Shown here in pieces: positions 52,846-61,654 of a DNA stretch of 64,000 nt. The notes below the pieces were generated by a model, which had not been told where the DNA came from, ran no database searches, and was given only the letters and a program-made list of their open reading frames with translations. How positions within the stretch are numbered: position 1 is the first letter of the stretch; each line of letters opens with the position of its first letter. Both the position numbers and the translations under genes were made by a program. The stretch covers positions 64,349-128,348 of the forward strand of contig CAVZFP010000009.1 of NCBI GenBank assembly GCA_963774565.1, read 5' to 3'. This stretch comes from an uncultured Acidobacteriaceae bacterium (lineage in GTDB: Bacteria > Acidobacteriota > Terriglobia > Terriglobales > Acidobacteriaceae).

Positions 52846-53734
52846 ATGAAGAAAGCGATGTTAGTTCTCTTGGTAGTATGCGGCGTCGCTGCTATGGCGA
52901 TGGCGCAAGCTGGGACCATCAGCAATACGACAGACGTCCTCGGCGCCCACCTCGGCTACGGCCGTGGCTGCGTCATGTGCCACGCTCCGCACAGCGGTCC
53001 TGCCGGTAACGGCAAGACCGTCAGCGATTCTCAAGCTGGCAAGTTTGCTTTGTGGGGCCAGGATCTTACCCCGCTGTACGGCGCAAACCTTGACGTTCAG
53101 CGGCGACGGCAAGGCCACCTACGCTGTCACACTGCCGGCGCAGGGCACGATCACCAGCGCCCATGACGCCAACACCATCATCCTGTTCTGCCTGAGCTGC
53201 CATGATGGCAACGTTGCCCCGGCTACTCACATGACGGGAACGACGGTTGAGACCCTGCCAGTCGTCGGCGGCAACGCTCCCACTTTCCTGGGCAAGGACG
53301 GAACGGGCGCAACCAACCCGTATCAGAACGACCACCCGGTGGGCGGCGCAGCAATCGTCAGCTGCGGCGGACAATACAACTGGGATTGCACTGGTGGCAA
53401 TACGGTTGGAATCACGATGGCTGGCGCTACTCACGGCGGACAGTTCCTGACGAACTACGGTGGCTCGTTCTGGAACACTGGCACCGTCAACGCGACCAAC
53501 GTCAAGCTGGCCACCTTCGGCACAGTCGTGACCGCAGTGACCTGCACCACCTGCCACGATCAGCACAGCATGACCGTGTTCACCAACAACGTCGGCAGCT
53601 TTGCCACGAGCTTCTTTGTTCGCGGCAACTACATGCCACAAACCGGCGGCAACAACGCGGCGCAGTTCTGCCGCAACTGCCACGGCGGCGAGTCGAACGA
53701 ATTGCACAACGTGAATGGCGTTCCGACCACCTAG
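52846..53734 (+). CDS. Small exported tetrahaem c-type cytochrome (~296 aa, Gly/Thr/Asn-rich), with one apparent 1-nt frameshift (~53087)
   Basis: The RBS aaggagg (52828-52834) precedes the ATG at 52846. The signal peptide is MKKAMLVLLVVCGVAAMAMA. ORF 52681-53166 joins ORF 52964-53734 at ...LYGAN|LTFSGDGKATY... The four CxxCH motifs are CVMCH, CLSCH, CTTCH and CRNCH. Confidence 0.8.
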
Positions 53735-53753
53735 GCTGTGTTGTTTTGAACCC

Positions 53754-53784
53754 TGGGGGAGGGAAGTTCCTCCCCCAATTTCTT
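53754..53784 (+). terminator. Strong hairpin (attenuator or partial terminator) directly after the tetrahaem gene
   Basis: tgggggagg-gaagtt-cctccccca is a 9-bp GC-rich stem, followed by aTTTcTT. It lies 12 nt before the PPIase ATG. Confidence 0.55.
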
Positions 53785-53795
53785 GGAGAAAGATC

Positions 53796-54815
53796 ATGAA
53801 GTGCCAGCTCTTAATTTCGATCGTGTTCTTGGCGGCCATCAGCCCGGCTTGGGCGCAGCTTGTCAGTTCGCACGCTTCCACCCTGCCCACGCAGCCCGCG
53901 GCCAGCGCCATGGAAGCAGCCAGCAAGCCTGTGGCGCGAGTAAATGGAGCGGTCCTGACAGACCGTGACCTGATACGCGAGGAGTACACGATTTTCCCTT
54001 ACGCGCGCCAGCATAACGGCGTCCCGAAAGGGATGGAAGCAGATATCCGTGCCGGCGCCATGAAGATGATTGTCTTTGAAGAACTGGTTTACCAGGAAGC
54101 GGAACGCCGGAAGCTGACCGTGCCACCCTCCCGTTTTCGTCAGGCCGAGGTCGCCTTCCGCAAGCAGTTCACGAATCCGCAGGAATATCAGGAGTTGCTC
54201 AACACCGAGTTCAAGGGTTCCAAGGCGCTGCTCGATTCCAAGATCCAGCGCTCGCTGCTGATCGAAACCATGTTGAAACAGGAAGTGGAGGACAAAGCCT
54301 ACATTCCCATGGCCCAAGCCCGCACTTTCTATGACAAGAACCCAGAGCGGTTCCGCGTTCCGGAGTCGTTTGCGATGCAAACGATTTCGATCATTCCGCC
54401 CAACAACGCGAGCCCGGAACAGGTGAAGGAAGCGCGCAAAAAAGCGGACAACGCTCTGCGCCAGGCCAAGCTGACCAAGAGCTACGACGACTTTGGCCTG
54501 CTGGCCGAAAAGCTTTCCGAGGACGACTACCGGGTCATGATGGGCGATCACAAGGCGGTTGACAAGGCCAAGCTGCCGCCGCAGGTGTTGCAGGCGGTAT
54601 CGAGCATGCAACCCCAGCAAATGAGCGGCCTTATCGACATCGGGAATAACGGGTACACGATTGCGCGGCTGAACGAGCACGTCCCCGAAGGCAAGCGGAC
54701 CTTTGAACAGGTGAAGGACAGCATTCGCGAGTACCTGAAGAAGCAAAAGACGGAAGAACTGCGCAGCGCGCTGGATAAGCGGCTGCGGAAGAACGCGAAG
54801 GTAGAGGAGCTCTAA
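53796..54815 (+). CDS. SurA-N / PpiC-type (parvulin) peptidyl-prolyl isomerase, exported
   Basis: ATG at 53796 within ORF 53715-54815. It has the signal peptide MKCQLLISIVFLAAISPAWA, a SurA-like chaperone N-domain (VARVNGAVLTDRDL...) and a parvulin-like region (FAMQTISIIPP...). Confidence 0.75.
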   Translation: MKCQLLISIVFLAAISPAWAQLVSSHASTLPTQPAASAMEAASKPVARVNGAVLTDRDLIREEYTIFPYARQHNGVPKGMEADIRAGAMKMIVFEELVYQEAERRKLTVPPSRFRQAEVAFRKQFTNPQEYQELLNTEFKGSKALLDSKIQRSLLIETMLKQEVEDKAYIPMAQARTFYDKNPERFRVPESFAMQTISIIPPNNASPEQVKEARKKADNALRQAKLTKSYDDFGLLAEKLSEDDYRVMMGDHKAVDKAKLPPQVLQAVSSMQPQQMSGLIDIGNNGYTIARLNEHVPEGKRTFEQVKDSIREYLKKQKTEELRSALDKRLRKNAKVEEL

Positions 54816-54817
54816 TC

Positions 54818-56665
54818 GTGAAGACTGTCGTCAAACGCGGGATTCTGGTGGCCAACCTGATTATGCTGATGGCCACGTTGCCCGCGTGGGCGCAGGTTGA
54901 GGTCGGCGAGAATACCAGAATGAACCTGAGTGGTAATCTCTCCTTCGGATACACCGCTGATTACTCCAACCTGTTGCCATCCGACCATGGCATGACCCCT
55001 GGCGGCAATGCCGATCTGAGCGGGTATTATTACAACCCGAACTTCCTCTCATTTGACGTGCAGCCCTTCTATAACCAGTCCAGAGATAATTCTCAGTATC
55101 AATCCGTATTTCAATCCGGAGGAGTGAGCGGCAACGCATCCATCTTCTCCGGCAGCCACTTTCCCGGAACGGTGAACTACAGTAGGGTCTACAACAACGA
55201 AGGCGGGATCACCCTGCCCGGCGTGGGTAGCCTGGTTACCCGCGGGAAGAGCGATAATCTTGGCCTGGGTTGGGGAATTCATATTCCCGGTTACCCCAAC
55301 GTTCAATTCCAATTTGCCGACGGCGGGAGCAACAGTTCAGTGTTTGGGACCAGTGCAAACAGCACATACCGCTCTAAACTGTTCGGGGTGGCTGTATCGG
55401 ACCGATGGGCCGGCTTCGACCTCAGCGGCGATTATCACCGCAACAACATTCACTCCCTCACACCTGACTTTCTTGCGGGCGAAGGTCCCGTGGCTTCGGC
55501 AGGCTCATCCAATTCCTACGACTTTACCCTTGGGCATAAATTGCCGTTCAATGGTGCGTTTTCGGCTGCGGCCGGCAGGTCCGATGTCAGTTCTGAATCG
55601 AGTGGCGAGCAGTTTAACGGAACCATCGATACGGTCGGTTCCGGCGTAAGCTTCGAGCCTATCGCCAATCTGAATCTGGGCGTCACCGAGCAGTACACCA
55701 ACAATCTGGAAGGGTCGATTTACCAGTCGGTGTTTTCTGGGGGAGTAGTGCCGTCGTCATTGCTTGACTATTCGACCCACTCGCTCGACATCAACGGACA
55801 CGCCAACTACACCGTGCCATCGATTCATCTGACGTTTGGGGCCATTGCAGACCGTCGCCAGCAGGAAATATTTGGGGTTTCACTGTCGGCTGACATGTTT
55901 AGTGAATCGGTGATCTACGGAGCCGATTTGCTGGGCGGCTATTTCAATGCCAGCGCGGCTGTGACCCAAACCCAGATCATGGGCGTAAACGGGGGGGCGC
56001 ACTCCCTGGGGCAGTTCGAAACCGTCTCCTACTCGCGTAAGTACCAGAATTGGACCCTGAACAGCTCGTTCAACTACTCACACAATACGCAGACCGTTCT
56101 GATTGGTTACACGGCTTCCGGGTACGGATATTCAGCCGGAATTGGGCGCAGAATTGGGGCCTATTCGTTTTGGAGTGTGAACGCCGTCGAGACGAAATCA
56201 AAATTCAGCAACTCCTCGGGATCGGAAAACCTAAGTCAAAGCTATTCGACCTCTCTCACCTTGAAGCGGTTTAGCATGAGCGGGAGTTATGCGAAGGCCG
56301 ACGGCAATTCGCTGCTTACGCCAACGGGCCTGACGCCAGTGACAACTCCCATCCCAGTTTTGACCCCGGCGCAGGAGATTGTGTTTGGCGGAAAATCCTA
56401 CTCTTTCGGCGCCTCGACCACTCCGCTACATGGGCTCGTCCTGTCGGGCTCTTACTCTTCGACAAAGAGCAACACGACAGCGAGTTATGCCACTTCCCAG
56501 AACACGACTGCACAGTTGAATACGATGCTACAGTACAAGGTAAGGCAGTTGTGGATCACGGGCGGCTATTTGAGGCTGCAACAGGGGTTTAGCATTACTG
56601 GCCAGCCCGCCGCTTCGTATTCGTCGTTCTTCATGGGGATTACGCGGTGGTTCAAATTCTTCTGA
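54818..56665 (+). CDS. Predicted outer-membrane beta-barrel protein of unknown family (615 aa)
   Basis: Intact ORF with a GTG start 2 nt after the PPIase stop. It has the signal peptide ...LIMLMATLPAWAQ and long runs of alternating hydrophobic/polar residues rich in Gly/Ser/Tyr/Asn. The C-terminus ...GITRWFKFF has a terminal aromatic residue, typical of BAM substrates. Confidence 0.65.
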   Translation: MKTVVKRGILVANLIMLMATLPAWAQVEVGENTRMNLSGNLSFGYTADYSNLLPSDHGMTPGGNADLSGYYYNPNFLSFDVQPFYNQSRDNSQYQSVFQSGGVSGNASIFSGSHFPGTVNYSRVYNNEGGITLPGVGSLVTRGKSDNLGLGWGIHIPGYPNVQFQFADGGSNSSVFGTSANSTYRSKLFGVAVSDRWAGFDLSGDYHRNNIHSLTPDFLAGEGPVASAGSSNSYDFTLGHKLPFNGAFSAAAGRSDVSSESSGEQFNGTIDTVGSGVSFEPIANLNLGVTEQYTNNLEGSIYQSVFSGGVVPSSLLDYSTHSLDINGHANYTVPSIHLTFGAIADRRQQEIFGVSLSADMFSESVIYGADLLGGYFNASAAVTQTQIMGVNGGAHSLGQFETVSYSRKYQNWTLNSSFNYSHNTQTVLIGYTASGYGYSAGIGRRIGAYSFWSVNAVETKSKFSNSSGSENLSQSYSTSLTLKRFSMSGSYAKADGNSLLTPTGLTPVTTPIPVLTPAQEIVFGGKSYSFGASTTPLHGLVLSGSYSSTKSNTTASYATSQNTTAQLNTMLQYKVRQLWITGGYLRLQQGFSITGQPAASYSSFFMGITRWFKFF

Positions 56666-57751
56666 AATCGGTTTTCGGTGAGACGTGCTGGAAGCGAGCA
56701 CTGGTTTGCGCCATGGCGCTGCTGCTGGCTCCGGTGCCGGGAGCAATCGGGAAGACCTCCAAGACGCAGCCCGTAGAAGTTCCCGAGTTGCTGCTGGAGG
56801 GTGGACGGCGGCTCACCTTTGAGCGCAGTTTCTGGTCTGAGCCCGAAGTGAAGATTAAGCGCGGCTTCTGGACCAAACTCATCGACATCGTGGCGGGCGC
56901 TCCCGACTTTCATGTCCTGATCAGTCCCTACGAAGTCGTGGAGGATTCCCGCGGCCGCATCATCGTGACCGATCCGGGAGCGGCCGGAATCCACATCTTC
57001 GACTTTGGACAGCAGAAGTACAAATTCATCTCGCGCGACCGAGATGACAACAACGGGCTGGTCACACCGCAGTGCGTCGCCGTGGATGCCGAAGACAACA
57101 TCTATGTGACCGATTCGGAGTCCGGCAAGATCTTCGTCTTCGAGCCCGGCGGAAAATTTCAGCGGACGATCGGCAGCCTGAAAGGCGGCGAAGGATATTT
57201 CAAGCGTCCGACTGGAATCGCCGTCGATTCCGCGGCGCAGCGCATTTACGTCACCGACACACTGCGCAACCAGATTTTCGTTCTCGACATGCAGGGCGAC
57301 GTGCTGCAGACCATTGGCAAAAACGGGGATCGGCAACGTCGAGTTCAACTATCCCACCGAGTTGCGCCTGTCGGGCAATCATCTGATCGTGGTCGATGCG
57401 ATGAACTTCCGCGTGCAGGTGCTGGACCGCTCGGGAAACTTCCTCTACGCCATCGGGCGCATTGGCGAAGGGCAGGGGCAGATGTTCCGGCCGAAGGGGA
57501 TCGGCGTGGATTCGGAAGGGCATCTGTACGTGGTGGAAGCGGTGCGCGGGTTAGTGCAGGTTTTCGACCAGGCGGGAAACCTTCTTTACTACTTCGGAGC
57601 GAAGGGGAGCGGCTTTGGAGAATTCCAGTTGCCCACCGGCTTGTGGATTGATCATAACGACCGTGTTCTGATTGTCGACTCGTATAACCGGCGAGTCCAA
57701 GTGTTTCATTATTTCGGGCTGGCAAAACAAACCGCGGGAGGTCAGCCTTGA
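56647..57751 (+). CDS. Second NHL-repeat beta-propeller protein, with one apparent frameshift (~57330)
   Basis: ORF 56647-57651 (...GRIIVTDPGAAGIHIFD...PQCVAVDAEDNIYVTDSESGKIFVFE...PTGIAVDSAAQRIYVTDTLRNQIFVLD) continues in ORF 57314-57751 (...NHLIVVDAMNFRVQVLD...PKGIGVDSEGHLYVVEAVRGLVQVFD...). Confidence 0.8.
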
Positions 57752-59776
57752 GATCGAGGCTTATTGCGGCGGCCGTCGTGTCGGTGCTGGCGAGTGAGAT
57801 GGCATTCGCGCAGATCTATACGGACGTGCTTGGAGCGCATAATATGTCGCCCGCCAGCGGATCTCCAATTACCGGGAATCTCGGCAGCCCGTGCCTGTAC
57901 TGCCACGCGCCACACTCGGGGATCGAAGGTACGGGCGGTGTGAGCGGAACTCCGCTGTGGAGTCAAAAACTATCAAGCGTGCAGTCGTACCAGACATATA
58001 CCAGCATCACGATGGTGAATAAAACCAATGCATCCCCACCGCTGGGGTCGAATAGCACGCTTTGCCTGAGTTGCCACGATGGCACGGTGGCACTGGGAAC
58101 GCTCACTCCCTATGGTCAGGTATCGATGTCGGGAACTCTCGCCGGGACGGCTGCGGATCTGGGAACGAATCTGCAGTCGACGCATCCATTTAACTTTGTT
58201 ACGCCGCTGCAACCGGCTCCCGACATATGGCCGTCGTTGGGCGCCAGTCCCCCTTCGACCCAAGATACGACGGGTGTAGTGCGGCTCATCAATGGCAATG
58301 TGGAGTGCGGAAGTTGTCACAATCCGCATGTGCAGAACATCGATTCCAGCTCTGATTTCCTGGTGATTGATAACTCGCAAAGTGCGCTCTGCTTGGCCTG
58401 CCACAACACGGTTCCGAGCGGAACTGGGATGGGACTGGCAGCGAGTGTGGCTCGTCCCGCTACAGCGGCCGGCGTAACGTCGAATTCAACTTCAAAGACA
58501 GCCTCGGTGAACCCGCTTGCACGATGGCGGGAGAGCATCCATGCCACCGCGACCAACCGGGTTGCGAGCCAGATTTCGCCCGAGGCGGTCGGGCTTGTCT
58601 CCAAGCGAATGACTCGCGTCGGTGCCCTTGGACCCTACACCAACCTGCGCAAGAACGGGTGTTTATCCTGCCACGCGACACACAACTCGTCCACGAAGGT
58701 CTTGCTGCGAGCACTGGACGATCAGACCTGCATCGTCTGTCACAGCGGCGGCACTTCTGTGTCGCCTCCGGCTCCGAACATCGCCGCCGAGATGGCGTCG
58801 CCGAAAATCAGCCACGTGATCGCCGGCGGCTGCGAAAAACAGTTCGCACTCGGCGCGCGAGAGCGAGTTGCTGAATCACAATCGCCATGCCGCTTGCGTG
58901 GATTGCCACAATCCCCATGCCACGAAACAGGTCGGCTTGAGTTTTCCCGCGCCTCCGCTAATACGTCCGTCGCAGGAGGGGGTGAGTGGCATCAGCGCCA
59001 CCGACGGCCGCAGTATTGTCTCTCCCGCCACGAATCAATACGAGAACTGCCTGCGCTGCCATGGAACGAGTGCGGGCAAATCAGAGAACGTGGCGGTGTT
59101 TGGGTATCTGCCCAACCGGTTGGTCTCGGGGCCGGATCCTTGGAACGTGATCCCGCAATTCGGGTTGACATCCACGTCAAGCCATCCCGTGATACATGAT
59201 CGTCGCAGTCCATTTCCGCAGCCCAGTCTTCGCTCGAACATGCTTGATCTGGACGGAGTCCGGCAAGGGCGCACCCTGGGCGTGCGTATCTTGTGCACGG
59301 ACTGCCACAACAGCGACGACAACCGGGAATTCGGCGGAACTGGACCGAATGGACCTCACGGCTCGAAGTATTCCCACATCCTGGAACGTCGCTACGATAT
59401 GAGCCAAGCGCCGGTGCCGGGCCAGCCCATTACGAATTTGATCGTACCGCCCAATCTGACTGCGACGGGCAACTTCGCGCTTTGCGCGAAGTGCCATGAC
59501 TTAGCAACCATTGTCAGCAATTCCAGCTTTAGTGAGCATGCTCGCCACATCAACGATGGGTTTTCCTGCTCGGTGTGTCACACTTCGCATGGAATGGGAT
59601 CACAAATGGCTACTGTATCCGGCGAGCGCATGGTGAATTTCGATCTCAACGTCGTTGCCCCCAACGGCAGGAGCCCAATTACGTACCGGAAATCGACGAA
59701 TTCGTGCAGCCTGACCTGCCATGGGCACGCTCATGGGTCCGCTGGAACGGGCGAACCGGTGAGACTGCGGCCGTAA
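57748..59776 (+). CDS. Exported multihaem c-type cytochrome with 11 CxxCH motifs plus one CxxxCH, with one apparent frameshift (~58840)
   Basis: The TTG start overlaps the NHL stop as TTGA. The signal peptide is MRSRLIAAAVVSVLASEMAFA. ORF 57748-59199 carries CLYCH, CLSCH, CGSCH, CLACH, CLSCH and CIVCH. ORF 58868-59776 carries CVDCH, CLRCH, CTDCH, CAKCH and CSVCH, and also CSLTCH. Confidence 0.8.
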
Positions 59777-59927
59777 AACCTCTGGGCTTTTCTTCGGTCA
59801 GGGGTTCTAGGACAATTCCCGGTTGAGCCTTACACAGACCCGGCGACGATCTCTTCGGGAGGGTTATAGGGTAGAAATACGCTCTACGATCCTAATCAGC
59901 GTTCTCGAAGCTTGTTTTCCATCTCGT

Positions 59928-61349
59928 CTATTTCTCTTTTCGATAGCAGTACAGCGTATCGCTGCGGTTCGGGTCGCGGGCGATGAGTAGCATGGTGTCA
60001 AGGGCACTGGCCAATCCGGATGGGACGGTGTCGGGAAACTTGTCGTTGGACAGCAGATATCCACCTGGCTTTAGCATGGTTGCAATATTGGCGCGGGCCA
60101 GCGACTGCTCGAAAGCGTCGTAGTAGATGAAGATGTTGGTCCCGATAATCAGATCGAAGCCCTGCTGCGGATCGAGAGGCAGGCGCTGGTAGACGATGTT
60201 CATGTCCAGCGGCGTGAGGCGGCGCACGATGCCGGGGCGAATCTTCACCGCCCGCGTTTGCGTCTCTGCCGCGGCACTGGGCACAGCGATGGGCGGCACC
60301 GGTTCGCCGATTTGATCCCCCAGCTTCTGCCAGTATTCGACGAAGCTCCTGCGATATTCCTCTGTCTGCCGCGCTGCGGTGTTCCAGGGAAGCTGCACCG
60401 TGTACGAGCGTCCGGCAACAGCCTTCTCCTTCGCCCGCGCCACGTGGAAGTTCACTTCAGAACTGATGTCGAGGGTATAGAGGTCGACCGTGTCCGGGGT
60501 CGCGACTCCCAGGCGAATGAGCGAGTCCAGCACGGCAAAGGGCTGGATCGTCTGCGGAGGATAGAAGTCATTGCCTTTTTCCTTGTTGGCGAAGTCGAGC
60601 CCCGGACCGACGATGGCGATTCTCTGCACGCTTCCAGGCTTGAGCAGGCCTTTCTCCACCATGCGGTGGAAATGCTGATCGAGCAGGAAGTCCGGCCACA
60701 GATTCGTGTCGAGCGAGATGCCGCGATCTTTAAAAAGCTGCGAACGGGTTTCTTCGCTGGCTGAGGCGCGGTAGCGCAGAATGTCGTCCCGCATGCGGGC
60801 CAGGTTGTCGAGCAGGTATCTCTTGATCCGGGCACGGTCCTCCTGCGTTTTGAATGAGAAGCCCTTTTTCTTGAGGAAAGCGCGCATCCGCGCCATGCCA
60901 TCGCTGGCGTTTGGCGTCCAAGTCTCAGGCGCGGACAGCGAACGGATCAGATCGTTTGCCCGGTTCTCGGCGAAGGAATCGACCAGGGAGCTCTTGCCGA
61001 AACGCAGCAGGTAGTCATCGTCGATCCGGTACTCCTTGGTGAAAGTGACGCCGAAGCGCAGCAGGTTCGTGAGCGTGTCTTCTTCCCCGGAGTTGAGGCG
61101 TTCGCGGACTTCGCGGTCCGATTGTTGCACCCAGGCGGACCATTTCGCGGCGTCCAGGTTGGACGTTGGTTTCAGTTCCGCAGGAAGGGAATCGGAAAAT
61201 GCAGCCACCACCGGTTGCGCCGCTTTGAACGAGATGAATTCGCTCTTCGTCGCTTGCTGAGGCGCCGCGAACCCCAACGACGCGCCAAACATCAATTCAC
61301 AGCCAATGGAGACGAGGATGCCCCACCGAAATCTGTCGTTCGCAATCAT
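59928..61349 (-). CDS. Class I SAM-dependent methyltransferase-fold protein with an N-terminal signal or anchor segment
   Basis: ORF 59928-61391, with the likely start at MIANDRFRWGILVSIGCELMFGASLGFAAPQ. The Rossmann motif I-like segment is RIAIVGPGLD. Later motifs are DLIIGTNIFIYYD and LKPGGYLL. Confidence 0.6.
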   Translation of the reverse strand: MIANDRFRWGILVSIGCELMFGASLGFAAPQQATKSEFISFKAAQPVVAAFSDSLPAELKPTSNLDAAKWSAWVQQSDREVRERLNSGEEDTLTNLLRFGVTFTKEYRIDDDYLLRFGKSSLVDSFAENRANDLIRSLSAPETWTPNASDGMARMRAFLKKKGFSFKTQEDRARIKRYLLDNLARMRDDILRYRASASEETRSQLFKDRGISLDTNLWPDFLLDQHFHRMVEKGLLKPGSVQRIAIVGPGLDFANKEKGNDFYPPQTIQPFAVLDSLIRLGVATPDTVDLYTLDISSEVNFHVARAKEKAVAGRSYTVQLPWNTAARQTEEYRRSFVEYWQKLGDQIGEPVPPIAVPSAAAETQTRAVKIRPGIVRRLTPLDMNIVYQRLPLDPQQGFDLIIGTNIFIYYDAFEQSLARANIATMLKPGGYLLSNDKFPDTVPSGLASALDTMLLIARDPNRSDTLYCYRKEK

Positions 61350-61654
61350 AGTCACGCCCCTTGCCGGAGGCGACCGCATTCCGATGACCAAAGATGATGA
61401 GAGGCGCGGTTAATCTGTGTCAATTGTCTGTCTTTGTTTCTTGGAGTTAGTCAGTCGGGAAGAAGACGGATCGCGAGTCCGGGGCAAAACCCATCGCCGA
61501 GCACTCCCGGTGCGCTTTTTCTCGCAACGAGGGTGTCTTTTGGCGCGAGTTGTTCCCGCTTTTTCGGCTCGTCGCTTCTGACCAGGCGCACAAAATCAAA
61601 CACTTAGCCGCGATGCGTGCTGTGGAACCGAGAATGCTTCTTGCTTCTTTGGAA

